64,000 bases of DNA from an archaeon (GTDB taxonomy: Archaea > B1Sed10-29 > WALL01): positions 3,508-67,507 of the forward strand of contig JBHOSQ010000001.1 of NCBI GenBank assembly GCA_042584585.1, written 5' to 3'. Position numbers and translations under genes: made by a program. The notes under the pieces were generated by a model. It saw only the letters and a list, made by a program, of their open reading frames with translations. It did not search any database and was not told the origin of the DNA. Below, one piece after another: positions 1 to 8,703 of this stretch; positions within the stretch are counted from its first letter, which is position 1; each line of letters opens with the position of its first letter.

Positions 1-2453
1 CACGCATTTTCCAAAAGGGTTTTTCTTTCTTCGGGCTGGAGCGCGTTGTAGTCCTGGTCGAGCTGGTTTTTCTCCCGGTCGGTGAGCTCAGTGTATTCCT
101 TGCCGTCGAACGCATCTTTGCTGTACTGCTTTAGTGCGATGCGCTTTACCGCGGCTGCCACGGATTCATCGGCATTGTTCAGCGCCGCATCAAGGTCAAC
201 GCGGTCTCCGGTGCGCTTGTACTGCAGCACCTTGTCCCCCTCGGCATCGTCAACAAAGCGGAATTTGCACATTCTCACGTCGTCGCCGAGTGTGTCTTCG
301 GAGAACTTTTGGATGAACTCCCCCTTGTCGAACTGCTTTAAGTATTCCTCGAATTGTGTCTTGGCTTCAGGCGTGGCCCTGCTTTGGCGGAGCTTTAGCC
401 TAAGCAATGAAGCGAGTTCCCTGTGATCAATCTCAACTTCGGGAGCGACTTCGCCTTCGGTCGCGCGCTTGAGCAGAGTGGCCGCGTTCCTGGCGTCCCG
501 TATAAACCCGGCGTAGACCGTATCCTCTGCGACAGTGGAGTAAGCCGCGTGGTTAGCTAGGTCGCTGTCCAGCTCTTCGCGCTTGTCTTCGTCGCTTTGC
601 GCCATCAAGCGGCCCTTGCCGACGGCGACGCTCGACTCTTTCTTCAGCGCGTCGGTGAGGTTTTCCCAGTTCCTGCCTCCGGCGGTGCGCCACAACAAGT
701 TGTACAATTCTTCGTGCCTGCCGCCCGCGTCAATCATTTCGCGGACTCTTTGGTGCAGCTGCTCCGGAGTGAGCTCTTCTTCGGGTTCGGGCTCAGCTCT
801 ACCTGCCGGCGCTGCTTCCACGAAGCCCCTGATGAGCTGTATGTCCCTCTCGTGGTCTGCGATGCGCCGGTTGATTTCCCATTGGCGGTCCTCAAGATCT
901 TTCTTACGTTTGGTCAGGTCGGCTGGCACCGGGGTGCCTTCTTCGACTGCGGCAATCTCACGGTTGACGCGCTGGATTTCACTGGCCACTGCTGCTCTTT
1001 GTTGCGGAAGCCCCAGAGGAGCTACAGCTTCACCAAGGTTTACGCCGACGTAGGCCTCATGGGCTCCTGCGTCGACTTCCTTTGCCTTTGCGTGGGCGCG
1101 GTGGTCCTCAAGCGTTTGTTTCTTGAAGTTTTCGACTGCGTTCTTCAGGCGCACACCGCCCAACTTGTTGAGCGTAGCCTCAATTTCGGGCTGCTTGTCC
1201 CTCAGTGTGGCGAACAAGTTCTTGAGCTTGCCCCGCTGGCTGTCGTCCAGGTCTTTCACGTCGTAGCTGCCCGTGCTGTCGATGTGGTCCTTCAAGTCAA
1301 ACATAAACGCAAGCTTCTCTTTTTCTTCGTCACCAAGCGAGTCCCATACATCCGTCAGATCGTCACGCGTATCGCTAAGTTTTTGGGTGGCTTCGTAAAA
1401 AGCTTGTACCTGGTCCTTGGACAAGTCATCGACATTAATGCTTGCGAGGCCGGTCATCTTATCTAGCTCAGCCTTGACTTCCGCCTTGAACTGGTCGGAC
1501 TGCTCTTGGCCAAACCCACCTTCCTCGGAAAGCGATTTCAAGCTTTCCTCTGGGTTCGTCTCGATGCCCTCGGCCTTTATTGAGTCAGCGAGGTTCTGGA
1601 ACTCGCGCGAAGTAATGTGTGACTTGGGGTCACGCTCGTCAAGCGCCTTGTCTACCAGCCCATTAATGAACTCGTTCGTAAACCTCAGGCCAGTAGCGCT
1701 TGAATGCGTCTCTGGTGCGATGCCCCTGTCCTGCAGGAACTTTTTGTGAATATCAGTGACTTTGGCGCGCTCGTCGGGGGTGAGGGAATCAAGGTTAATC
1801 TCTTTTTCAAGGACCGCGTGAATATGCGCCTGGTTTTCTTCTGAGAGGCCAATGGCGGCAGCGGCCTGGTCCCCACTGTTCTGGAGGATTGCGCTCACAC
1901 CGCGTTGCCCTGCCGTGTTCACGTTCTGCATGTAGTCCACAAGGTCCGTGAGCACAGTGCCCGTGGCGTTGGGAATCTGTTCCGGAGAAAACGATAAGTT
2001 ATTCCTCTGCCATTTTTCCATCGCGGCCTCGACCGACCCTGAGTTCTTAAGGTCCTTGAACAAGTCGTTCATTACAGCGCCATCGACTTTTTGACCAAGG
2101 TGATAAGCATCTTCAGGCCTAAGGTTCTGCTTGATGTTCAGCAGGTGTGCCATGTCGCTGCTGAGCTTGTTCTTGCCGGATTTGACATAAACCGTCCCCA
2201 AGTAAGAGTGCGTTTGCTTCGTTTGGAACAGCCTGTCCGGCCGAGCCCAGAACTTATTGCTGTCGTAATCAATTTTGGTGCTCTTGACGCGGTTCTCCAT
2301 TATGTGGGCGAGCTTGGTTAGCTGATGAATCTCTGCGTCACTTGCACCCCGCTTTCGCGCGGAACGCAAGTTCTTCTTCGCAATGTGTTTGTAGTACTTA
2401 GCCGCCTTCCAGTTTTTTCTCGCCTTAACCGCTTCTTTTTTGAATAAGGGCAT
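1..2453 (-). CDS. Large acidic, coiled-coil-rich hypothetical protein (N-terminal ~817 aa; C-terminus lies beyond window start)
   Basis: Absent from the ORF track because no stop codon falls in the window. Manual reverse-strand translation from ATG 2453..2451 (MPLFKKEAVKARKNWKAAKYYKHIAKKNLRSARKRG ... LQPEERKTLLENA) stayed open to position 1 with the expected 2 leftover nt. GAGGTG Shine-Dalgarno-like motif lies 7 nt upstream. Listed + strand ORFs here (e.g. 597..1466) are its antisense frames. No known domain recognised. Confidence 0.6.
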   Translation of the reverse strand, partial: MPLFKKEAVKARKNWKAAKYYKHIAKKNLRSARKRGASDAEIHQLTKLAHIMENRVKSTKIDYDSNKFWARPDRLFQTKQTHSYLGTVYVKSGKNKLSSDMAHLLNIKQNLRPEDAYHLGQKVDGAVMNDLFKDLKNSGSVEAAMEKWQRNNLSFSPEQIPNATGTVLTDLVDYMQNVNTAGQRGVSAILQNSGDQAAAAIGLSEENQAHIHAVLEKEINLDSLTPDERAKVTDIHKKFLQDRGIAPETHSSATGLRFTNEFINGLVDKALDERDPKSHITSREFQNLADSIKAEGIETNPEESLKSLSEEGGFGQEQSDQFKAEVKAELDKMTGLASINVDDLSKDQVQAFYEATQKLSDTRDDLTDVWDSLGDEEKEKLAFMFDLKDHIDSTGSYDVKDLDDSQRGKLKNLFATLRDKQPEIEATLNKLGGVRLKNAVENFKKQTLEDHRAHAKAKEVDAGAHEAYVGVNLGEAVAPLGLPQQRAAVASEIQRVNREIAAVEEGTPVPADLTKRKKDLEDRQWEINRRIADHERDIQLIRGFVEAAPAGRAEPEPEEELTPEQLHQRVREMIDAGGRHEELYNLLWRTAGGRNWENLTDALKKESSVAVGKGRLMAQSDEDKREELDSDLANHAAYSTVAEDTVYAGFIRDARNAATLLKRATEGEVAPEVEIDHRELASLLRLKLRQSRATPEAKTQFEEYLKQFDKGEFIQKFSEDTLGDDVRMCKFRFVDDAEGDKVLQYKRTGDRVDLDAALNNADESVAAAVKRIALKQYSKDAFDGKEYTELTDREKNQLDQDYNALQPEERKTLLENA

Positions 2454-2507
2454 CAAAAACCACCTCAATGCAAAAATCTTTGCACAAATAGTTAGGGGGG
2501 ACTGCAC

Positions 2508-3452
2508 TTATATACTTTTTGTTAATAAGGCGGCAAAGAACTCTGGATGCTCGGGCAAGCCACTGATTTCATTGGCTCTCGACCAAGCTTTTTCGACAAA
2601 ATCCGTGGAAATCGATTCGTCAACGACAAAAAGAGTGGAATACAGCTCCGTTACCCCATCCGTGTCCCCCAGTCGCTTCTTGGTGGATATCGCTGCCGAT
2701 TTATACTCCTTCACAATGTTGCTCCATCCCGAGAAAACAGTGGACACGCGCGTAAGGAATGGCTCCAAAACCTCTTTTTCGCCCTCGGAGAGCTTGGGCT
2801 GTAAATCAAGCCACGGAATAAGCGTTTTCCCGAATCCGTGCTTTTCTAGTATGGTTATAACGGATGCATCGCGGATTACGTGGGGGGACTTCGAGAGGAA
2901 GGGGTTGTGGTTGATTACATGCATTTTCCCGGCACTGGTGCCCGCAAGGAACCGCGAGAACGGCATGTACTGGGACTTCATGAGCGTAAGGTTTTCGAAC
3001 ACGCCCGTTGGGCCGTAGTCAATGAACAATACTTTGCCTTTGGCCTTCACCGCTTTTTCTGCGTGGCCGAGGAAGTTGTGGAGCTCAAGGGGAATGACTG
3101 CGGACGCGCCGCGCGGGAGCTTAAGGCCGGAGCGCTTCATGAACGCGTGGGCTTGGCGGGACTGCTCTTTCGACAGGTCGACGAGCCGGCCGTCGCGGAC
3201 GGCGTAGAGCTTGTTGTCGATGTTGATTAGCTTTAGCCCGCGGAGCTTTGGGAGGCATTGGATGCAGACCACAAAGTCGTAGTCCGCGCCCTTGAGGGCC
3301 ATGGGGTCAGTGAACACGTGTGGCTCCCAGTTAAGGAACTTCATGTTTTTGGCGGAGGGGCCGATGACCGCGGCTTTGCCTTTGCCAAGCGATTCTTCGA
3401 GCGCGAGCGACAGCATTCCGCCGCAAGTGTCCACAAGGTCAATTTCGAACAT
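2508..3452 (-). CDS. Hypothetical protein; N-terminus resembles methyltransferase motif I but catalytic motifs not found
   Basis: 314-aa ORF with ATG at 3452. FEIDLVDTCGGMLSLALEESLG resembles C5-DNA-MTase motif I (M.HhaI FIDLFAGLGGFRLALESCG), but no PCQ or ENV motif is seen. TATA-like CTTTTATTC lies ~30 nt upstream. Confidence 0.6.
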   Translation of the reverse strand: MFEIDLVDTCGGMLSLALEESLGKGKAAVIGPSAKNMKFLNWEPHVFTDPMALKGADYDFVVCIQCLPKLRGLKLINIDNKLYAVRDGRLVDLSKEQSRQAHAFMKRSGLKLPRGASAVIPLELHNFLGHAEKAVKAKGKVLFIDYGPTGVFENLTLMKSQYMPFSRFLAGTSAGKMHVINHNPFLSKSPHVIRDASVITILEKHGFGKTLIPWLDLQPKLSEGEKEVLEPFLTRVSTVFSGWSNIVKEYKSAAISTKKRLGDTDGVTELYSTLFVVDESISTDFVEKAWSRANEISGLPEHPEFFAALLTKSI

Positions 3453-3690
3453 CGATGCACCACAACGCAGCCACTGAATAAAAGCGTTTTTATTGTTTGG
3501 CCACGAATAACTAGAGTATGTTGTTTGAGGCGGTGGCCGTCGTGCTGGGAATCACGGTGGTTTACACGTGGGTTTTGAACAAGCGGGTTGCCGCTTTGCC
3601 GGCAAACGCGAGGCGCGGCCACGCGTGGCTGAAGGACGAAGAGCTCAAGCTCCCGTAAACATTAAAAAGCGGCGTGGATTATTCAGTTGC

Positions 3691-6126
3691 ATGCGCAAAG
3701 CGCTGGTCGCAATCATTCTTTTGTGTGCCATAGCCTCGGCCACCAGCGTAAACATCACGCTCAACAAAGACAACGACACTCGGTACGAGCATCAAGAGGA
3801 CTACACCATCACGGTCACAATCGTGAACCTCGGGCCCACGAACGACACTTTCGATGTGCGGCTGGACACAGATGGGCAAGACGTCGAGGTCAATGACACG
3901 GACAGGTATGCCTACAACATCACGAACATGTCGGTCAACGCAAGCTACGCGAGAAGCGTCACGATTTATATCAATAAGTCCATGGCGTTCGACGACGAGC
4001 AGTGGTTTACTGTCGAGGTGTACAACGAGTCGGACTTAGTCGGCCAAGAGCACCTCGAAATCAATACAGTGCAATTCTCGTCGATAGTAATGGACTTTGA
4101 CTACGACCCGAACAATGCCTCGAACGCGGACGTGACGCTGACCGGAAAGAATTCGCTGGATGAGGACACGTACAGGTGGAACGCGACGTTCCACGTTTAC
4201 AACGCTAGCGGTGATTGCTACAACATCTCGACGAACACGTCGAGCACCGACCTTGACCTCGAAAACTGCACTTCGGGCGTCTACGACATAAAGGCCATAG
4301 CCACGGCAGACGAGGAATTTGTCGAGAACACGAAGATAAATGACTATTTCCTGTTCAGGTACTTGACGCTCACCGCCGACTTTTACTTATTGGAATTATT
4401 CGACTTCCAACGGCCGTTTTCCGAGGTCTCGCGCATCACAGGCGGAGACACCATAGTCATGAAAGGTGTAGCAAGGTACGACGACGGCACGGCGATTGGG
4501 TACTCGCCGGACACGTCATCGAGCCTGCTGAACCTGACGATTGAGGTGCCGAACATCACCGACCCCGTGCACACTATTACGGTGCAAAGCGACGGCACTT
4601 ATGAGTTCCGGTTCGACGCGCCGGCGAACACGAGCAACTACATCTTGTCGCTTGACGCGTACGGCTATTTGGACTACGAGAAGACGGTGGAGTACACGCT
4701 GAAGGTAAACAACACCCGGGACTACATTCCCGAGCCGGTGAACGAAAGCGAAATAATGACGAGGCTCAATATTTCACTCGGGAACCAAAGCCTTGACTTG
4801 GTCGACGGGGAGCTGGTGCTGGACGTCGCCATATCCAACGACAACCTCATCGGGATTTCGGGCAAGCCAACGCTCGTCGAGGAAGGCACCAACAAGCAGT
4901 TCGCCGTGACGGAGCCGTCGAGGGACAGCGTCAGCGGGAGGGGCTCAAGGAACTACACGCTGGGCATCAGGCCGAAGAACTATACCCGCCCGGGCGACTA
5001 CGCCCTGGATATTCAATTCAGCACTATTTACGGCAGCATCAGCAAGTCAATCCAGCTGACCGTGCCCGAGGAAGAGCTCGTGGCCGGGGAGCTTAACGTG
5101 GTTAGGTACATTGACTACAAGAGCGAGTCGCAGGTCACACTCAAGGTAGTGAACAAGCACGCGGGAGAGGCCCAGGCGCGGATTCGCGAGACAATCAGCA
5201 AAGACATAATGCCTTACATCGTCGAAATCGATAACTTGATCGCGGGGTGCGGGACGACGGACGCAACGTGCAAGCTCGGGAAAATAGTGGACAACGGCAC
5301 GTGCAGCGACTGTGACACAGTGGACTGGAACCAAACCGACTGCTTCCTCGCGTGCGGCGCCGGGAACGAAACGTGCCGCGCGAACTGCACCAGCCTGACA
5401 ACCAACTGCAGCACGGACTGCACGAACCGCACGCGGCTCACGTTTGCGCCTGCCTACGCCCGCTTGATTGAGGCGGACCCGGTGGTCGAGTGGGACGTTG
5501 ACTTGGCGGCGGGGGCGACGACGGAACTGGTGTACACCACCACGGTGCTTGTGGACGAGACTTGGTTCACGGAGCCGGTTATTGACGCGGGGCTTGAGAT
5601 AATCGCGACCCCGACGCCTGCGGCGACTCCAACGCCGACACCTGAGGCGACACCGGAGGCAAACGCGACACAGGTCACGAATGGCGAGCCCGAGCCGCCG
5701 TCCGGAATCCCCATGTGGCTGCTTGTTTTCGTGGGAATAATGTTTTTGGTGTTCGTCGGGGCTGCTGGCGGAATTGCTTATGTGTTCACCAACAAGCGAG
5801 ACCAAGTCGACGACTTTTTGGACAAGTACTTGCCGGAGAGGGAGTTGACCGAGGAAGACATTCAGCGCCGCAAAATCAGGGGCTTGTTCGTCACGGAGGA
5901 AATGACGAAGGAAGCGCCTAAACCCAAGCCTGCGCCGGAGCCCGAGGCCAAGGAGTCTATGCTTGGGCGGCTCGACAAAATGTTTTCGCCGAAGAAGAAG
6001 GAAGAGGCGCCGACGAAGTACGAGCCCAAGAAAGGGGAAGAAAAGCCCAAGAAAGAAGAGAAAAAGAAGATGCCCGATTTCAAGGAGCTAAAGGACATCG
6101 GAAAGGGCTTTGGGGACGGCTCCTAA
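3691..6126 (+). CDS. Large surface glycoprotein-like protein (signal peptide, Cys-rich block, PT linker, C-terminal TM anchor, K/E-rich cytoplasmic tail)
   Basis: Track ORF 3568..6126 trimmed to in-frame ATG 3691, 26 nt downstream of a TTAAAAA box. Signal peptide MRKALVAIILLCAIASATS; dozens of N-x-S/T sequons; CGTTDATCKLG...CSTDCTN block; ATPTPAATPTPTPEATPE linker; TM IPMWLLVFVGIMFLVFVGAAGGIAYVF. Confidence 0.8.
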   Translation: MRKALVAIILLCAIASATSVNITLNKDNDTRYEHQEDYTITVTIVNLGPTNDTFDVRLDTDGQDVEVNDTDRYAYNITNMSVNASYARSVTIYINKSMAFDDEQWFTVEVYNESDLVGQEHLEINTVQFSSIVMDFDYDPNNASNADVTLTGKNSLDEDTYRWNATFHVYNASGDCYNISTNTSSTDLDLENCTSGVYDIKAIATADEEFVENTKINDYFLFRYLTLTADFYLLELFDFQRPFSEVSRITGGDTIVMKGVARYDDGTAIGYSPDTSSSLLNLTIEVPNITDPVHTITVQSDGTYEFRFDAPANTSNYILSLDAYGYLDYEKTVEYTLKVNNTRDYIPEPVNESEIMTRLNISLGNQSLDLVDGELVLDVAISNDNLIGISGKPTLVEEGTNKQFAVTEPSRDSVSGRGSRNYTLGIRPKNYTRPGDYALDIQFSTIYGSISKSIQLTVPEEELVAGELNVVRYIDYKSESQVTLKVVNKHAGEAQARIRETISKDIMPYIVEIDNLIAGCGTTDATCKLGKIVDNGTCSDCDTVDWNQTDCFLACGAGNETCRANCTSLTTNCSTDCTNRTRLTFAPAYARLIEADPVVEWDVDLAAGATTELVYTTTVLVDETWFTEPVIDAGLEIIATPTPAATPTPTPEATPEANATQVTNGEPEPPSGIPMWLLVFVGIMFLVFVGAAGGIAYVFTNKRDQVDDFLDKYLPERELTEEDIQRRKIRGLFVTEEMTKEAPKPKPAPEPEAKESMLGRLDKMFSPKKKEEAPTKYEPKKGEEKPKKEEKKKMPDFKELKDIGKGFGDGS

Positions 6127-6132
6127 CCCAAG

Positions 6133-6148
6133 GGGATGACGACGTCCC
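6133..6148. terminator. Hairpin between convergent genes
   Basis: GGGATG-ACGA-CGTCCC (6 bp including one G.U, tetraloop) lies between the stop at 6126 (+) and the stop at 6186 (-). Confidence 0.35.
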
Positions 6149-6185
6149 ATCGCGTAATGCATGTTCTTGACACGGTTGCAAAGCA

Positions 6186-7025
6186 TCATATTTCCTGGTG
6201 TGGTTGGTATATCACGGCACCACATGACTTGCAGTGTAACGCGTCTTTGTCGTGGTATCGCAGGCTGCATTTCTTGCAGGTGGTATCACTCTTCTCTCTG
6301 GCGAGCGCCCATTCCTTGATTATTTGGCCCGCCTGCCAGGGGATAAGCACGATGCCAGAGATAATCATGAGGACCGTCACTGCCCTGCCCCATAGCCCTG
6401 AGGGAGTGATGTCTCCGAAGCCGACAGTGGCGAGCGTGACGACGATGTAGTAAAAAGCGTCCCCGAAGTTATTTACAGTTGCATTTATCTCGTGTTCAGC
6501 ATAATAGAAGAGCGCCGCACCCACGAAAAAAATCGTTAGTATCGTCACGATGAGCCGGCCGAGTATCAAGAGATGCTTGCTGATTGTCCCGAAAAAGAAA
6601 TCCCGTGTCTCCATGAACCGAATGAAACGGAATATCCTAAAGACTCTGAACACGCGGAATATCTTGATGATTTGCATGAACGCGGCTGTGTGCGGCAGGA
6701 ACAGCACTATGATTGGGATTATCGATAGCAGATCGATGATTGCGTATACTCCAAAGACATGCTTGATGCGGTTTCTCGCGCCGTAGAGTCTTGCGATATA
6801 TTCGACAACGAATAATGCGATGATTGTGATCTCAAGGGGATACAAAAGCTGGATTACGGCAGTGGGCAGTTGGTAGGTCTCTGCCACGAGAACCCCACAT
6901 ATCACCAAGTTTAGGAATAATATGAACATGTCGAGCCACTTGCCCAATGAGGTCTTGGAGTCTATCAAATAGAAGCGTATCGCCTCGCGGAAAGTTTTCT
7001 TCTTGGGCATCATGTGCATAGACAC
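6186..7025 (-). CDS. Voltage-gated-type K+ channel with C-terminal zinc-ribbon
   Basis: Selectivity filter TLATVGFGDITP. S4-like FRVFRVFRIFRFIRF with Arg every third residue. Six hydrophobic segments. C-terminal CKKC...CKSC. The track start is GTG; ATGs at 7019, 7013 and 7010 are alternatives. Confidence 0.85.
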   Translation of the reverse strand: MSMHMMPKKKTFREAIRFYLIDSKTSLGKWLDMFILFLNLVICGVLVAETYQLPTAVIQLLYPLEITIIALFVVEYIARLYGARNRIKHVFGVYAIIDLLSIIPIIVLFLPHTAAFMQIIKIFRVFRVFRIFRFIRFMETRDFFFGTISKHLLILGRLIVTILTIFFVGAALFYYAEHEINATVNNFGDAFYYIVVTLATVGFGDITPSGLWGRAVTVLMIISGIVLIPWQAGQIIKEWALAREKSDTTCKKCSLRYHDKDALHCKSCGAVIYQPHQEI

Positions 7026-7135
7026 CGAACTAACATAAAAAGATGACTATGTCGATTAAAAGAGAAATCATGGCAAACTATACGTACACTCCTGAAAAGC
7101 CAAAGTCTTAATAAGCCACCAACGAATAATCTAAA

Positions 7136-7209
7136 GGGAGCAATGAAATGCCCTATGAGTATTGAAGCCCTTCGGGACTGATGATATCAGACGGGCGGGT
7201 TGAGCTCCC
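7136..7209 (+). ncRNA. Candidate C/D-box-like sRNA (variant boxes)
   Basis: 6-bp terminal stem GGGAGC/GCTCCC. Layout is AATGAAA (C-like), 13 nt, TTGA (D'-like), CCC-UUCG-GGA hairpin, CTGATGA (C'), 15 nt, TTGA (D-like). CTTAATAA box lies ~26 nt upstream. Boxes and spacers are non-canonical. Confidence 0.3.
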
Positions 7210-7213
7210 ACTC

Positions 7214-7555
7214 CTAACACGTTACGTTAAGCGCGTTTTTGTTGAAGAGCAGCTGGTGCTCTCCCTTCTCGAACGAGCCCCAGCACGTGATTATTTGGTT
7301 TCTGTTTGCGATTAAGTAGTTGTTGCCGGAGTGGCATGTGACGTTTTCTCCGGCGACGGTGATGTTTCCAATGAATATCCTTTGGCGCTCGAGGCTGTGG
7401 ATGGAGACGACCAGGCTGGAGTTTGTGCAGACCGCCTTGTAAGTGGCTTCGACATAGTCGACGTCAGTCTGTGAAGAGAGGGACATGAACAGGGCTGTGG
7501 CCCCGCCCGCCAAAAGGACGATGACTGCAATGGTAAAACCCATGTTGGACGCCAC
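7214..7555 (-). CDS. Small secreted/membrane-anchored protein with N-terminal hydrophobic segment
   Basis: 113-aa ORF. N-terminus MGFTIAVIVLLAGGATALFMS followed by a Cys- and N-x-S/T-containing domain. Start is GTG 7555 or ATG 7543. Confidence 0.55.
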   Translation of the reverse strand: MASNMGFTIAVIVLLAGGATALFMSLSSQTDVDYVEATYKAVCTNSSLVVSIHSLERQRIFIGNITVAGENVTCHSGNNYLIANRNQIITCWGSFEKGEHQLLFNKNALNVTC

Positions 7556-7779
7556 AGCGCCTCAACACCATCACGGCTTATAAGCCTTTTTCATAATCAG
7601 CCAAAACGACAGTAGCACGAGCACGAAAAACGAAATGATGGGAATCGTTTGTATCCAGTCCATGCCAAGGCATACGAACCAAGCAAATAAAAACCCTTGC
7701 CACGATGAGGGGCCGCGCTCGGCGGCGGGCTGCTCGCGGTGTTCGCGTCGCTGTATTTCATGGGCTGCTTCAAAAAGTG

Positions 7780-8463
7780 CTAGAGGCTGCGCTTGGCGTC
7801 CCACTTCTGGAACGCCTTGTCGTACACGGATTTGTACATTTTTTGGAGTGCGCGGTTCAAGGGGTTCTTGAACTTTTTCTTGAACACGTCATCGTGCTCG
7901 TGAAACTGGTAGGCCGAATGCAGGTCCAAGTCACGGAACCGTATGTAGCTCCGGCCTGAGTCATCTTTCCCGATTTCCCATTGGCCCTCGCGAGTCATTA
8001 CCATGTAGTTCGAGGGAAAAAACTCTATTTCCACGTCGTCGTGGGGCAGCATCAAAAGCGCTTTGCCGTGGCCCAAACCCTCAAACCGTGAGGGAATTTT
8101 AATGGCTTTCGCGAACGAAATCAGGAGGCCTGCCTTGTCGTTGCAGTTGCCACCCATCTCGTCAAGGACATCAAGGCCATCCTCGCACCACTTTTCTCCG
8201 GCAGGGCGGTCGCGCCAACCAATGTTCTTGTGCACCCAGTCCACAAGCGTGAGCACTGCCTCATGAGAATTTTTTATTTTGCTGTTAAGCGGTAAGTATT
8301 TTTCGACGACCTTGCCGTCCATGTTCCGCATGTAAAAGCTTTCTGTTGCACCAACGTGTTTTGTGTAGTCCGCGGCAGTGACACGCCGCTTGATTGTTTT
8401 TATGTCTGCCTTTGGTATTGCGATAGGAATTCTTTTCTTGCCTGTAGTGATTGTCTTCACCAT
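7780..8463 (-). CDS. Transglutaminase-like (cysteine protease fold) domain protein
   Basis: GGNCNDKAGLLISFAKAIKIPSRF matches the transglutaminase-core G-x-C-x-x-F/A...GIP(A/S)R motif. Track start TTG 8523 trimmed to ATG 8463, ~29 nt downstream of TTTTTAATT. Confidence 0.55.
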   Translation of the reverse strand: MVKTITTGKKRIPIAIPKADIKTIKRRVTAADYTKHVGATESFYMRNMDGKVVEKYLPLNSKIKNSHEAVLTLVDWVHKNIGWRDRPAGEKWCEDGLDVLDEMGGNCNDKAGLLISFAKAIKIPSRFEGLGHGKALLMLPHDDVEIEFFPSNYMVMTREGQWEIGKDDSGRSYIRFRDLDLHSAYQFHEHDDVFKKKFKNPLNRALQKMYKSVYDKAFQKWDAKRSL

Positions 8464-8554
8464 ACAGTTGTTGTTATGGCGCCAAAGAATTAAAAAGCCC
8501 TCGTCCCCGAGTAACGCCTTCAACCGGTAACACTAACCTGTAATAAGAATAAAG

Positions 8555-8630
8555 GGCCGCGGCCGTGATTTGAACACGGGTTAGGCGGACCACAACCACC
8601 CGTACTAGGCCAAGCTATACTACCGCAGCC
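8555..8630 (-). tRNA. tRNA-His (anticodon GTG) with genome-encoded G-1
   Basis: Manual fold: G-1, acceptor GCTGCGG/CCGCGGC, D stem GTAT/GTAC, anticodon stem GGTGG/CCGCC, loop TTGTGGT, T arm CCGTG-TTCAAAT-CACGG, discriminator C. No encoded CCA. Confidence 0.9.
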
Positions 8631-8703
8631 ACACTAGAGATGGAGTTTTGTGGTTTTTAGTTTAAAAAGAAATGCCTCTGGGAGCACGATTGCCTTAATG
8701 GGA

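Noticed and set aside
597-1466. Long + strand ORFs in the track that lie antisense to better genes (e.g. 597..1466, 5047..5805, 19954..20790, 22052..22735, 24781..25491, 31031..31717, 36164..37000, 44760..45530, 52168..52728, 58049..58846, 62118..62765).
   Set aside because: Each is fully covered by a longer ORF on the other strand that has recognisable domains or coherent composition. Their translations are Arg/Pro/Gly/His/Cys-rich, typical of spurious frames in GC-rich coding DNA.
2508-3452. Annotating this ORF as an active C5 DNA methyltransferase.
   Set aside because: Only motif I is convincing. The catalytic PCQ, ENV and QxRxR motifs are absent or unrecognisable, so a function is not claimed.
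3500-3660. Palindromes GCCACGCGTGGC (3619..3630) and TTGCCG-N6-CGGCAA upstream of the surface-protein gene as a defined regulatory element or sRNA.
   Set aside because: These are single occurrences without a flanking promoter or terminator signal and with no repeat elsewhere in the window. That is insufficient to call.
3568-3690. N-terminal extensions of track ORFs (3568.., 20029..21528, 28436.., 42765..44291, 52416.., 34767..35240, 37970..).
   Set aside because: The extensions overlap neighbouring genes or promoters and lack homology. In-frame starts with a properly spaced TATA box, or with stop-start overlap, were preferred.
7571-7804. 77-aa ORF, or a nested 30-aa TM micro-ORF (7571..7663), between the pilin-like and transglutaminase-like genes.
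   Set aside because: The N-terminal two-thirds is Arg/Gln/Pro/Ala-rich and overlaps the 3' end of gene 7780... Only the last 30 aa look protein-like, and there is no promoter or coupling signal to support it.
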